Source: Acidimicrobiales bacterium (lineage in GTDB: Bacteria; Actinomycetota; Acidimicrobiia; Acidimicrobiales; RAAP-2). From it: a stretch of DNA of 64,000 nucleotides. A program made the position numbers and the translations under genes. Each line of letters begins with the position of its first letter. Positions within the stretch are counted from its first letter, which is position 1. The stretch is from positions 1,503 through 65,502 of the forward strand of contig DATAXG010000099.1 in the NCBI GenBank assembly GCA_036273055.1, read 5' to 3'. Below, piece after piece: positions 45,871 to 55,514 of this stretch. The notes beneath the pieces are model-generated. The model ran no database searches, was not told where the DNA came from, and worked only from the letters and a program-made list of their open reading frames with translations.

Positions 45871-46695
45871 TTACGTGTGCCGGAACACCGCCTGGCCACC
45901 GCCGCTGGCAAGGAGCCGTCGCTCCCGTGACCACACCCTTCCGGTCCACGACAGCAGACCACCGTGGGCCACCGGGGAATGGGCGTCGAGAAGCAACCAG
46001 TCCGACGAGTGGCCCGGATACTGGAACGAGGCGTAGAGATCCAGGCTCGGCGCGATGTAGGGCGGCTCGCGATAGGCGTGCGGCCGCGAACCGGCGGGCC
46101 AACTCCCCACGTCGAGCACGATCAGTGAGCGCGCGGCGTCAACCCACGGATCTTCGAACGTGGCCGTCGGTCGTGCGCGCACCCAGGTGCGCCAGGTGGG
46201 CGGCAGCGGGCCGGGCGGAGGCCACTCGCCAGCGTGGTCGAGCGGGCGCTGGTCGAAGTTGTCCCAGAAGCGCATAGCAGGCCGGTCGTTGTCGGGACGC
46301 AGCTCCGTCCACGTCGGCAGCCCTTCCGGGTCGGGCACGTTCGGCGGGTCGACGTCCTCGTGCTCCAGGCCTTCCACCTCTCCGACCGACCAGACCATGG
46401 CGTCGAGAACGGCCCGGCCTTCTTGGCGCAGGGCGACACGCTGGGCGAGCACGGTGCGGCCGGCCCGCAGTGGCGTCACCTCCAGTTCCACCGGAGCGAA
46501 GGATGCCACGGAGAGGTAGTGGCAAAAGAAACTGGCCGGACGCGCCAGGTGGCCCTCCACTCCCGCCGCGCGCAACGCCAACGCGGCGACGTAGCCACCG
46601 CACGGGCCCCAGATCTCCCAGTCGTCGTGCACCATGGCCGTGAAGCGACCGTCGCCGACGGGATCGACTGCGGTCTGCTGTGCCATGTCACCCAC
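45871..46695 (-). CDS. acyl-CoA thioesterase (TesB-like double hot-dog)
   Basis: 274 aa. WGPCGGYVAALALRAA... and LDLYASF...GHSSDWLLLDAHSPVAHGGL resemble thioesterase II-type proteins. An alternative start is ATG 46686. Confidence 0.65.
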   Translation of the reverse strand: MGDMAQQTAVDPVGDGRFTAMVHDDWEIWGPCGGYVAALALRAAGVEGHLARPASFFCHYLSVASFAPVELEVTPLRAGRTVLAQRVALRQEGRAVLDAMVWSVGEVEGLEHEDVDPPNVPDPEGLPTWTELRPDNDRPAMRFWDNFDQRPLDHAGEWPPPGPLPPTWRTWVRARPTATFEDPWVDAARSLIVLDVGSWPAGSRPHAYREPPYIAPSLDLYASFQYPGHSSDWLLLDAHSPVAHGGLLSWTGRVWSRERRLLASGGGQAVFRHT

Positions 46696-47245
46696 GACCC
46701 TGGCCCTCCACCCAGCGTGCGCGCTCGAGCGCAGTCACCACGATCTCCACGCCGCGCTGCCCCGTCGTGGAAAGACAGTGCGTGAATCCCAGGTGTTCCA
46801 TGACGCGTCCCGACGCCACGTTCTCGGGCTCGTAGATGCTGACGATGCGGTCGAGGCCGCCCGTCGTGAATCCGAACTCCACCGCGGCGGCACCCGCCTC
46901 AGTGGCCAGGCCCCGACCGCGCCAGGCCGTGGCCAGGCGCCATCCGACTTCGACGGCGGGCAGGATCTCAGGCAGGAAGTGCGGGACGGCGAGCCCCGCC
47001 CACCCGATCATCGCCCCGCTGTCCCGGTCGAGCAGGGCCTCGAGACCGAAGCCGTCGCTCTCGTAGCGCGCCGTGACGCGTTCGAGGAACCCGGCCGTCT
47101 CGTGCTTGGACATGCCCGAGCGGAGCGGGTACCACCAGAACGACTCCTCGGCATGTATGGGCGCCAGCTCCTCGACGTCGCCCGGCACGAAGGGGCGCAG
47201 CACGAGACGCGGGGTCGTCAACGTCGGGATGCCGGGACGATCCAT
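46688..47245 (-). CDS. GNAT family N-acetyltransferase (Acetyltransf_3-like)
   Basis: From MDRPGIPTLTTPRLVLRPFVPGDVEEL.... WRGRGLATEAGAAAVEFGF is an acetyl-CoA binding motif. Confidence 0.75.
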   Translation of the reverse strand: MDRPGIPTLTTPRLVLRPFVPGDVEELAPIHAEESFWWYPLRSGMSKHETAGFLERVTARYESDGFGLEALLDRDSGAMIGWAGLAVPHFLPEILPAVEVGWRLATAWRGRGLATEAGAAAVEFGFTTGGLDRIVSIYEPENVASGRVMEHLGFTHCLSTTGQRGVEIVVTALERARWVEGQGRG

Positions 47246-47255
47246 GCAAGTGCCC

Positions 47256-47525
47256 TCAGCCGAGGGGGAGCCCGGGAGCGTCGGCCAGCGAGGGGTCGCG
47301 GCCCGGCCGTGCGGTTGCCGCGTAGAGCTGATCCGGCCGGAACGACCGGACGGCGCGGTCACCCGCCCTCCCGCCGACGACCTCCACCCAGACCTCGTCC
47401 GTCTCGTTGTTGGTGACGTGCGCGACGAACTCCCAGGAGGCGCCGCGCAGGCGGGTCCCGTCGACCCGCACGGGATCGCCTGGTCGCAGGCCGGCCCAGC
47501 GGGTGCTGCGGCGCAGGTCAGCCAC
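47256..47525 (-). CDS. small hypothetical protein
   Basis: 89-aa ORF immediately upstream of the GNAT gene on the same strand. No family recognised. Confidence 0.4.
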   Translation of the reverse strand: MADLRRSTRWAGLRPGDPVRVDGTRLRGASWEFVAHVTNNETDEVWVEVVGGRAGDRAVRSFRPDQLYAATARPGRDPSLADAPGLPLG

Positions 47526-47619
47526 GTCGGTGCGAGCTGGGGCAGTTGGGCATCACTTTCCTTTCTACCTTCTCCAGAGGATGTGCCGGCGCGTCGCTAC
47601 CCCGCCGTATTCTGACGGC

Positions 47620-48390
47620 ATGGCGCTCGAGCTCCCACGCACGTTGAGCCCGTCCAAGGTCGTGGCCTTCACCAACTGCCCTCTGGCCTTCCGCTTCTCC
47701 CAGATCGAGCATCGACCCGAGCCTCCGTCGCCCCCCGCAGTGAAGGGCACGCTGGTCCACGCCGCGCTGGAGGGGCTCTTCTGGAACCATTCCCCGGGGG
47801 CGCGCACGCCGGCCGCAGGGCAGGCCGAGCTCGACCGCTGCTGGGACGAGATCCAGGACGACGATGAGTACGTCGAGCTCGCGCTCGAGCGCGACGTGGC
47901 CGAAGCGTTCCTGGCTGACGCACGCACGCTCATCGACAACTACTTCCTCCTGGAAGACCCCAATGAGGCACGGGCGGCGGGGATCGAGCTCGGCGTCGAG
48001 ACCGTGGTGGACGGCATGCGCCTGCGCGGCATCATCGACCGCCTGGACGTGAACCCCGACGGCAGCCTGGTCGTCGTCGACTACAAGACCGGGCGGGCGC
48101 CGTCGGAGCGCTTCGAGCGCGGCAGCATGGGCGGGGTCCAGACTTACGCGTTGCTCTGCGAGAGCCTGCTGGGCCGCGCACCGGCCGAGGTGCGGCTGCT
48201 CTACCTGCGCCAGCCCGTGGCCATTTCCTCGGTGCCGTCGGAGCAGACGATCCGCGGCCAACGCCGGCGGGCCGTGGCCGTGTGGTCCGCCATTGAGCGG
48301 GCCTGCGAGGCCGAGGACTTCCGGCCCCACGTCGGCCCCCTGTGCAACCACTGCCACTTCAAGACATCCTGCCCGGCCTTCGCCGCATGA
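47620..48390 (+). CDS. PD-(D/E)XK nuclease family protein (RecB/Cas4-like, C-terminal Cys cluster)
   Basis: From MALELPRTLSPSKVVAFTNCPLAFRF. GIIDRLDVNPDGSLVVVDYKTG (D...D/E-x-K core) and CNHCHFKTSCP. Confidence 0.75.
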   Translation: MALELPRTLSPSKVVAFTNCPLAFRFSQIEHRPEPPSPPAVKGTLVHAALEGLFWNHSPGARTPAAGQAELDRCWDEIQDDDEYVELALERDVAEAFLADARTLIDNYFLLEDPNEARAAGIELGVETVVDGMRLRGIIDRLDVNPDGSLVVVDYKTGRAPSERFERGSMGGVQTYALLCESLLGRAPAEVRLLYLRQPVAISSVPSEQTIRGQRRRAVAVWSAIERACEAEDFRPHVGPLCNHCHFKTSCPAFAA

Positions 48391-48995
48391 CCGCAACGAG
48401 CGCGCAAATGAGCAGCATCGACGAGGCAGTCGACGCCGCCTTCGAGCCGCTTCGGGGCCGCCCGGAGATCAACCGGGTTGCCGCCGTCGTGTCGAACCTG
48501 GCCGACTACGGGCTCATCTGGGTGTTGTTGGCCGGCCTCAAGGCGAGGCGACGCGGCCCGGACCGGCGGCGCGCCGTCGTGGCGCTGGCGGCGGCCGGAT
48601 TCTCCTCGCTCCTCATGAGCCGCGTCGTGAAGGCCGCCGTCGAGCGCCAGCGGCCCGAGGACCACCTCGACGCCGGCGTGCGCACCCCCACCAGCAGCAG
48701 CTTCCCGAGCGGCCACACCCTGGCCGCTTTCTGCACGGCGTTCGTCCTCGGGGACTCCGAGGCCGGAACGGCGGCCAACGTCGCTTTCGCCACGGCGGTG
48801 GCGGCCAGCCGGGTCCACCTGCGAGCGCATCACCCCACCGACGTGATCGGGGGTGCCGTCATCGGCTCGGTGCTCGGGCTGGGCCTGCGTCCGCTCGTCG
48901 ACGTCGTGACGCCGGGCAGCGTGGGCCGGCGTGGCCGCCGTCGCCGCCGCGGCCGGGGAATGCGCCCCGCCGAGGTCGTGTTGAAGAAATTATGA
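48387..48995 (+). CDS. PAP2 (type 2 phosphatidic acid phosphatase) family membrane protein
   Basis: KAAVERQRP, PSGH, SRVHLRAHHPTDV (the three acid-phosphatase motifs). ATGA overlap upstream. Confidence 0.8.
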   Translation: MTATSAQMSSIDEAVDAAFEPLRGRPEINRVAAVVSNLADYGLIWVLLAGLKARRRGPDRRRAVVALAAAGFSSLLMSRVVKAAVERQRPEDHLDAGVRTPTSSSFPSGHTLAAFCTAFVLGDSEAGTAANVAFATAVAASRVHLRAHHPTDVIGGAVIGSVLGLGLRPLVDVVTPGSVGRRGRRRRRGRGMRPAEVVLKKL

Positions 48996-49591
48996 GTTCG
49001 TTCTCCGTCACCTGGGACTACCGGTGCCCTTTCGCCCGCAACGCCCATGAGCACCTCGCCGTCGCGCTGGCCGGCGGGGCGGGCTGGGACGTGACGTTCC
49101 TCCCCTTCTCGTTGAGTCAGGCCCACGTTCCCGAGGGGGGCGCTCCCGTCTGGGATGACCCGGCCAAGGCCGCCGACCTGCTTGCGCTCGCGGCCGGGGT
49201 CGTCGTACGCGATCAGTACCCCGACCAGTTCCTGGACGCCCACATCGCGCTTTTCTCCGCCCGCCACGACGAGGGCCTCGACATCCGCAAGCCGGACGTC
49301 GTGTCGTCGGTGCTCCATCGCGTCGGAGTGGCCGGCGACAAGGTGTTGGCGGAGGTCGCCTCGGGCGGACCGGTGCAGGAGATCCGGCGCGCCCACGAGC
49401 AGGCCGTCGGAGAGTTGGACATCTTCGGTGTGCCCACCTTCGTCGTGAACGACTCCGCCGTGTTCGTGCGCCTGATGAGCCGCCCGGCCGGCGATGTCGC
49501 CCGGGCGCAGCGGACGGTGCAGGGCGTGCTCGACCTGTTCGACACGATGCCCGACCTGAACGAGTTCAAGTACACCAAGCTGTCGTCCTGA
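48992..49591 (+). CDS. DsbA-family thioredoxin-fold protein
   Basis: MSSFSVTWDYRCPFARNAHEHL...IFGVPTFVV. Single N-terminal Cys motif in a DSBA-like fold. ATGA overlap upstream. Confidence 0.65.
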   Translation: MSSFSVTWDYRCPFARNAHEHLAVALAGGAGWDVTFLPFSLSQAHVPEGGAPVWDDPAKAADLLALAAGVVVRDQYPDQFLDAHIALFSARHDEGLDIRKPDVVSSVLHRVGVAGDKVLAEVASGGPVQEIRRAHEQAVGELDIFGVPTFVVNDSAVFVRLMSRPAGDVARAQRTVQGVLDLFDTMPDLNEFKYTKLSS

Positions 49592-49624
49592 GCCGGGCGC
49601 GTCCGTGGCGACGCAGCCCCTCCG

Positions 49625-50545
49625 TCAGGACCTGGCGATCTCGCTGAGCAGGGCCAGCCCCCGGGCGCGCTCCTCGGCGTCGCCCACGATGGCGGCGACG
49701 AAGTCCGTCGCACCGGCGTCGGCCAGTCTGGAGATGGACGCGGCCACCGCCTCCTCGTCGCCGATGAAGCCGATGTCCGCCGCCGCCGCGGCCCCCTCCT
49801 TGTCCAGCATGGCCTTGTAGGACGGCAGGTTCGGGTAGATGGAGAAGACCTCGTTGATGCGCTCCTCGGCGGCGGCGACATCGCTGGTGACGCTGATCGG
49901 GAGCGAGACCACGACCCGCGGCGCCGGCCGGCCCGCCGCCTCGGCGGCCGCAATGATGGTCGGTGCGATGTGGGCGCCGATGGTGGCCGTGCCGGTCATC
50001 CAGGTGACGGTGCCGTCGGCGACGCGGCCGGCCAACTTCAGCATGGTGTCGCCCAGGGCCGCCACGAGCACCGGCGGCGCCTCCACGCCGGAGATGTCGA
50101 GGGGGGCGAAGGCATTTGTGGTCAGGCGCTCGCCCTCCATCCGCACCGTCTCGCCGTGCAGGAGTGGCATCAGCGAGGCCAGGTACTCCTTCATGTAGGC
50201 GGCCGGGCGCTCGAAGCTCATGCCCCACATGCCCTCGACCACGATCTGGTGCGACAGGCCGATGCCGAGGAGCAGCCGGTTGCCCGTGGTCAGCTGCACG
50301 GTCAAGGCCTGCTGGGCCAGCATCATCGGGTGCCGTGGGTAGACCGGCACCACCCCCGTGCCGAGGCCGATGCCGGGCACCTGGGCGCCGGCTGCCGCCA
50401 GGATCGTCAGCGCATCGGGCCCGAAGATCTGGGAGGCGAAGGCATGGTCGAGTCCTGCCTCGTGGTAGCGCTGCAGTAGGGCCACCGTGTCGGACAGCGA
50501 CGTGTCGGTCTCCATCATGCTCCCGATACGCAGCGGTTTTGCCAT
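49625..50545 (-). CDS. LLM-class (luciferase-like) flavin/F420-dependent oxidoreductase
   Basis: From MAKPLRIGSMMETD.... LLLGIGLSHQIVVEGMWG and VADGTVTWMTG are typical of the LLM TIM-barrel family. Confidence 0.75.
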   Translation of the reverse strand: MAKPLRIGSMMETDTSLSDTVALLQRYHEAGLDHAFASQIFGPDALTILAAAGAQVPGIGLGTGVVPVYPRHPMMLAQQALTVQLTTGNRLLLGIGLSHQIVVEGMWGMSFERPAAYMKEYLASLMPLLHGETVRMEGERLTTNAFAPLDISGVEAPPVLVAALGDTMLKLAGRVADGTVTWMTGTATIGAHIAPTIIAAAEAAGRPAPRVVVSLPISVTSDVAAAEERINEVFSIYPNLPSYKAMLDKEGAAAAADIGFIGDEEAVAASISRLADAGATDFVAAIVGDAEERARGLALLSEIARS

Positions 50546-50624
50546 GTCCGTGGTACTCCTCGCGTAGTCTGCCGGTTGTGTCCGCCCCACTGTCTAGGCG
50601 AATCCCCGGACGGGGGCGAGCGAC

Positions 50625-51800
50625 CTGAGCACCCACCCGATCGGGTTCATCGGTGCTGGTCAGCTGGCCCGGATGGTGGGTGAGGCAGCCAGCGGGCTCG
50701 GCCTGTCCATGGCTGTCCTGGCCGAACACCCCGACGACGCCGCCTGCAGCATTGCGGCCGAGGTCGTGCTCGGCTCACCGTTCGTGGCCGCCGATCTTCG
50801 GGCCTTCGCCGCACGGTGCGACGTCCTGACCTTCGACCACGAGCAGGTCGACCTCGCCCTGGTGGCCGAGCTGGCCGCCGAGGGGGCCGTGGTGCGGCCA
50901 GGCGCCGAGACATTGGAGCTCGCCGTGGACAAGGCCCACATGCGGACCGTGCTCGATGAGGCCGGCGTGCCCGTCCCCGCGTACCTGGTCGTGGACGAGG
51001 GGCCCCGCGCACTCGACGCGGTCGAGGCCTTCGCCGCCGCACACGGCTGGCCGGTCATGCTCAAGGCGGCCCGCGGGGGCTACGACGGCAAGGGCGTCTG
51101 GCCCGCGGCCGACCGGGCGGAGGCGGCCACGGTGCTGGAAGGCGTGGCCGGTCAGGTCGTCGTGGAGGAGCTGCTGCCGCTCCATGCCGAGCTCGCCGTC
51201 ATGGTGGCCCGGCGCCCCTCGGGCGCGTCTGCCGCCTGGCCGGCGGTCGAGACGGCGCAGGTGGGAGGGGTCTGCAGGGAGGTGCTCGTGCCGGGCCGTC
51301 TCCATGCCGACGTGCTCGAGGCGGCGTCGGCCCTGGGCCAGAAGGTGGCGGAGATCGCCGGCGGGGAGGGCGTCATGGCCGTCGAGCTCTTCTGGTCGGG
51401 CGGTCGGCTGTTGGTCAACGAAGTGGCCACCCGACCGCACAACTCGGGCCACTGGACGATGGAGGGAGCGGTCACGTCGCAATTCGAGAACCACGTCCGG
51501 GCGGTGCTCGACCTGCCACTCGGGTCCACCGCGCCCCAGCACGCCCAGGTGGCGAGCGTCAATATCTTCGGCGGCCCCGACGGGGCCGATCCCGCTCGGC
51601 TCCTCAGGCGCGGCCTGGCCGTCGAGGGCGCCCACGTCCATCTCTATGGCAAGCACGCCCGGCCGGGACGCAAACTAGGGCACGTGACTGTCTGTGGCGA
51701 CGATGCCGACGCGGTGCGCTCCCGGGCCTGGTCTGCCGCCGTGGCCCTGGGTACGCCCGTGCCCGGCGGCATCGACCTCCCGACGGAGGTCATCCGGTGA
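50625..51800 (+). CDS. purK: 5-(carboxyamino)imidazole ribonucleotide synthase (N5-CAIR synthetase)
   Basis: ATP-grasp body plus [17 protein letters not shown]. The conserved N-terminal [12 protein letters not shown] lies upstream of the first ATG (50673). Only CTG 50625 or ATC 50640 are available in frame after TAG 50595, so the 5' end is uncertain. Confidence 0.8.
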   Translation: MSTHPIGFIGAGQLARMVGEAASGLGLSMAVLAEHPDDAACSIAAEVVLGSPFVAADLRAFAARCDVLTFDHEQVDLALVAELAAEGAVVRPGAETLELAVDKAHMRTVLDEAGVPVPAYLVVDEGPRALDAVEAFAAAHGWPVMLKAARGGYDGKGVWPAADRAEAATVLEGVAGQVVVEELLPLHAELAVMVARRPSGASAAWPAVETAQVGGVCREVLVPGRLHADVLEAASALGQKVAEIAGGEGVMAVELFWSGGRLLVNEVATRPHNSGHWTMEGAVTSQFENHVRAVLDLPLGSTAPQHAQVASVNIFGGPDGADPARLLRRGLAVEGAHVHLYGKHARPGRKLGHVTVCGDDADAVRSRAWSAAVALGTPVPGGIDLPTEVIR

Positions 51801-52324
51801 GCGACGCCGCGGCGCTCGTCGCCGTCGTGATGGGGAGCTCCTCGGACCTGCCGGTCATGCAGGGGGCCGTCGACGTGCTCGGGGAATTCGGCGTGGCCCA
51901 CGAGGTGCGCGTGGTCTCGGCGCACCGCACGCCGGGCGACATGCTGGCCTTCGGGTCGGAGGCAGCTGCTCGCGGGCTGCGGGTGCTCATCGCCGGGGCC
52001 GGCGGTGCGGCCCACCTGCCCGGGATGCTGGCTTCGGTGACGACCCTTCCTGTGATCGGGGTCCCCGTGGCGCTCTCCCATCTCGACGGCCTCGACAGCC
52101 TGCTCTCCATTGTGCAGATGCCCAAGGGAGTCCCCGTCGCGACGATGGCCGTGAACGGCGCCCGCAACGCCGGCCTGCTGGCGGTGCGCATCCTGGCCCA
52201 GGGCGATGCGGACCTGACCGCGCGCATGGAGGCCTTCCAGGAGCAGATCGCCGCCGACGCCCGCGGCCAGGACGCCGCTGTCTCGCAGGCGGCCCAGTCA
52301 CAGGAGCCGACCTCGAATGGCTGA
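51797..52324 (+). CDS. purE: 5-(carboxyamino)imidazole ribonucleotide mutase
   Basis: [36 protein letters not shown] overlap with purK. Confidence 0.9.
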   Translation: MSDAAALVAVVMGSSSDLPVMQGAVDVLGEFGVAHEVRVVSAHRTPGDMLAFGSEAAARGLRVLIAGAGGAAHLPGMLASVTTLPVIGVPVALSHLDGLDSLLSIVQMPKGVPVATMAVNGARNAGLLAVRILAQGDADLTARMEAFQEQIAADARGQDAAVSQAAQSQEPTSNG

Positions 52325-53162
52325 GCCGAACCTCGCCCAGCGACTCGGCTACGACAGCGCGTCCAAGCTCGTCATCATCAACGCCGACGATCTCGGCTCG
52401 TGCCACTCGGCCAACGTCGGGGTCTTCGAGTGCCTGTCCACCGGGACGGTCACCAGCGCCACGCTGATGGTGCCCTGCCCGTGGGCCCGCGAGGCGAGCA
52501 GCCGGTACCGCGGCGAGGACGTCGGCGTCCACCTCACCGTCAACGCCGAATACGAGCTCTACCGCTGGGGGCCCATCACCCACGCCCCGTCGCTGCTCGG
52601 CGGGGACGGAGGCTTCCCGCGCACGATGGAGGACGTGTGGGACCACGCCGACCTCGACGAGGTCCGCCGCGAGTGCCGGGCCCAGATAGAGCGGGCGATC
52701 CTGTGGGGCTTCGACGTGAGCCACCTGGACGCGCACATGGGTACCATGCAATTGCGCCCCGAATTCTTCGACGTCTACCTCGAACTGGCCCTCGAGTTCG
52801 GGCTGCCGCTGCGCATGGTGAGCGCCAACATGGAGCGCTACCTCGGCTTCCCCGCGCGCGCCGTGGCCGCCCAGGAGGGCGCCGTCTTCACCGACCACTT
52901 CCGCTTCGTCCCCGGTGTGGGCTCCCGCCAGATGTTCGAGCGCGACGTCGCCACGCTGCGTCCCGGGGTCACCGAGCTGCACCTGCACCCGGCAGTCGAC
53001 AGCGCCGAGTTGCGCTCGCTGGCCACCGACGACTGGGGGGCCCGGGTCGACGACTACCGCATCATCTGCGAGGAGGACTGGTTCCGCCGCTCGCTCGATG
53101 GGGCCGGGGCGACCCTCATCGGCTACCGGCCACTGCGCGACCTGGCGCGGGCCGGAGGCTGA
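52317..53162 (+). CDS. ChbG/HpnK (YdjC-like) carbohydrate deacetylase family protein
   Basis: [23 protein letters not shown] and HLDAHMG motifs. Confidence 0.75.
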   Translation: MAEPNLAQRLGYDSASKLVIINADDLGSCHSANVGVFECLSTGTVTSATLMVPCPWAREASSRYRGEDVGVHLTVNAEYELYRWGPITHAPSLLGGDGGFPRTMEDVWDHADLDEVRRECRAQIERAILWGFDVSHLDAHMGTMQLRPEFFDVYLELALEFGLPLRMVSANMERYLGFPARAVAAQEGAVFTDHFRFVPGVGSRQMFERDVATLRPGVTELHLHPAVDSAELRSLATDDWGARVDDYRIICEEDWFRRSLDGAGATLIGYRPLRDLARAGG

Positions 53163-53172
53163 GGCGAGCCCG

Positions 53173-53781
53173 GTGACCGCTTCGACGACGACCACGATTG
53201 AGGGCGTCTCGATCTTCTCGAGGCAAAGCAAGCGAAAGGCCGACGTCTTCGACATCGCGCTCTCAGCCGGAGGGATCGCGATCCGGCGCCCGGGCCGGAG
53301 CGAGCAGCGCATGACCTGGGATCGGATCACGCAGTGGGAGATAGAGGAACGGCCCGGCTTCGTCGTGCTGACCCTGCGCGGCGGTGGCTCGGTCACACCG
53401 CTGATAGTGAAGGGGTGGGCGCTCGAGGATCTCGAGACCGTGATGCGGGACGTCACCGAGGGCGGCACCGGCCCGGCCGCCGAGGCGGACGCGCCGGACG
53501 CGGGTGCCGTGACCGCACTGACCACCGCCGCCCTCGTGGCCGACGCCCCACCGCTGGCCGACGCCCCACCCGGCGCACTGGCGCCGCAGGTCGCGGCGCC
53601 GGCAGCCACCCCGCCCGTGCCACGTGCGACGCGTCGTCAGGCGGTCCGGCCGCCGCGGCACAACGTGTGGAAGACACTGGTGACCATCGTGCTGCTCGGC
53701 GTCCTGGCCACTGCGGTGGCTCTCGTGCTGCTGCAGAGCGCGGGCGTCATCAGCTGGAGCTTCCTCGGCCCCATCGCCTGA
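53173..53781 (+). CDS. hypothetical protein with C-terminal TM anchor
   Basis: GTG 53173. The soluble N-domain is possibly PH-like; an Ala/Pro-rich linker follows, then WKTLVTIVLLGVLATAVALVLL. Confidence 0.45.
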   Translation: MTASTTTTIEGVSIFSRQSKRKADVFDIALSAGGIAIRRPGRSEQRMTWDRITQWEIEERPGFVVLTLRGGGSVTPLIVKGWALEDLETVMRDVTEGGTGPAAEADAPDAGAVTALTTAALVADAPPLADAPPGALAPQVAAPAATPPVPRATRRQAVRPPRHNVWKTLVTIVLLGVLATAVALVLLQSAGVISWSFLGPIA

Positions 53782-53787
53782 CCCGCC

Positions 53788-54654
53788 TCAGGAAACGGCG
53801 CGCACTCCGGCGAAGAGGTCGTCCTCCGTCACGTCGGTCGGCCCCACGCGGCTCTGAGCCAGGCGGAACTCGTCGACCGGGTGGATGTCGCGCATCACCT
53901 CGGGCGGCAGGCCGAACCAGAACTTCGAGGTGGGGTCGACCTGGGTGGCGTGCGCCTTCAGCGCCTCGCCGCGCACATGGGTGAACCCGGTGACGTCGAT
54001 GGTGGTCGTGAACGGCTCCGTCCTCGTCATGCGCGTCAGCCACTTGTCGTCGAAGGGCGACTCGAGACCGAGCTCCACGAACTTCTCGTGGATCTGGCGG
54101 AAGCGCTCCCCCGACCACACCGAGTAGTAGAGCTTGGCCGGGGTGAACGGCGGTCCAGCCTCCGGGAATTTGTCCGGGTCACCGGCGGAGTCGAAGGCCA
54201 GAACGGAAATCTCGTGCACCCGCAGATGGTCCGGGTGCGGGTACTCGCTCTGGTCATCGGGGTAGGTGACGATCACCTGGGGCCGCTCGCGGCGGATGAC
54301 GGCGACGAGGCGCTCGACTGCCTCGTCGAGCGGCGCCTGGGCGAAGGAGTCCGGCCGTGCGTTGGCCTCCGAGTCCGGCATGCCCGAGTCCCGGTAGCCC
54401 AACAGCACCGTGTCGTCGTAGCCGATGATGTCGGTGGAGGCCTTGAGCTCGGCCATGCGGACCCGGCCGATGTCGGCCCGCACCTGGGGGGTGTCCATGG
54501 CCGGATTGAGGATGTCGCCCTCCTCACCGCCCGTGCAGCAGACCAGGACGGTGTGGACCCCCTCGGCGTGGTAGCGGGCCACCGTCGGTGCACCCTTGGA
54601 GGCCTCGTCGTCGGGGTGCGCATGGACGCTGAGCAGGCAAGGGCGATCGGGCAC
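53788..54654 (-). CDS. mca: mycothiol S-conjugate amidase (LmbE/PIG-L family)
   Basis: LSVHAHPDDEASKGA, GGEEGDILNPAM, YPHPDH and AHATQVDP. End-to-end resemblance to mycobacterial Mca as I recall it. MshB cannot be fully excluded. Confidence 0.75.
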   Translation of the reverse strand: MPDRPCLLSVHAHPDDEASKGAPTVARYHAEGVHTVLVCCTGGEEGDILNPAMDTPQVRADIGRVRMAELKASTDIIGYDDTVLLGYRDSGMPDSEANARPDSFAQAPLDEAVERLVAVIRRERPQVIVTYPDDQSEYPHPDHLRVHEISVLAFDSAGDPDKFPEAGPPFTPAKLYYSVWSGERFRQIHEKFVELGLESPFDDKWLTRMTRTEPFTTTIDVTGFTHVRGEALKAHATQVDPTSKFWFGLPPEVMRDIHPVDEFRLAQSRVGPTDVTEDDLFAGVRAVS

Positions 54655-54731
54655 GGGGTGACCTTAGCGGCGAGCCTGGCCAGGGACGCCCGGTGTCCTC
54701 CCTCCCCCGCTGGGCCTTATGCTCGGAGTCC

Positions 54732-55514
54732 ATGGCAGGTTTCTTCAGTCGCGTCGCGGACATTTTCCGGTCCAAGGCCAACAAGGCCCTGGACAAGATG
54801 GAGGACCCGCGGGACACCCTGGACCTCTCCTACGAGAAGCAGCTCGAGCAGCTGCAGAAGGTGCGGCGGGGCGTGGCGGACGTCGCCACGGCGCGCAAGC
54901 GGATCGAGTTGCAGGCCCAGGGGTTGCAGAAGCAAGCGGACAAGTTGCAGAGCCAGGCCAAGGCCGCGCTCGGACAGGGCAACGAGGATCTCGCCCGTGA
55001 GGCGCTGTCGCGACGGGCCGCGTTGGGAGAGCAGCTCGCCGAGCTGAAGACACAGCACGACCAGATCAGCGAGCAGGAGCAGAAGCTCGTGCAGACCTCC
55101 CAGGAGCTGCAGATCCGGGTCGAGCGCTTCCGCACCCAGAAGGAGACGATGAAGGCCTCCTACACGGCGGCCGAGGCGCAGACCAAGGTGGGCGAGGCAG
55201 TGTCGGGGATCTCGGATTCGACCCGCAGCGCCGGCGCCACCATGCAGCGGGCCCAGGACAAGATCGCCTCCATGCAGGCGCGGGCCGGCGCCATCGACGA
55301 GCTGCTGGCGTCGGGCGCCCTGGACGACCTGTCGCACCCGGTGGACGACATTCAGAAGGAGCTCGACAAGGTGTCGGCCACCTCGCAGGTGGACAACGAG
55401 CTGGCGGCGCTGAAGGCCGAGCTGGGATCGGGCGGTGGTGCCGGCGACACGGCCGCGCTGCCCTCGGCACCGGCGGAGCAGGCGGGGACGGGACCAGGAG
55501 GCGAGGGCGCCTGA
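54732..55514 (+). CDS. pspA: PspA/IM30 family protein
   Basis: MAGFFSRVADIFRSKANKALDKMEDPRDTLDLSYEKQLEQLQK..., long coiled coil. Confidence 0.85.
   Translation: MAGFFSRVADIFRSKANKALDKMEDPRDTLDLSYEKQLEQLQKVRRGVADVATARKRIELQAQGLQKQADKLQSQAKAALGQGNEDLAREALSRRAALGEQLAELKTQHDQISEQEQKLVQTSQELQIRVERFRTQKETMKASYTAAEAQTKVGEAVSGISDSTRSAGATMQRAQDKIASMQARAGAIDELLASGALDDLSHPVDDIQKELDKVSATSQVDNELAALKAELGSGGGAGDTAALPSAPAEQAGTGPGGEGA

Noticed and set aside
46688-47525. Small ORF plus GNAT gene as a GNAT-type toxin-antitoxin pair (TacT/AtaT-like)
   Set aside because: The GNAT protein has the RimJ/RimL-type N-terminus (TPRLVLRPF), not the TacT/AtaT type. The 89-aa upstream protein shows no RHH/DUF1778-like features.
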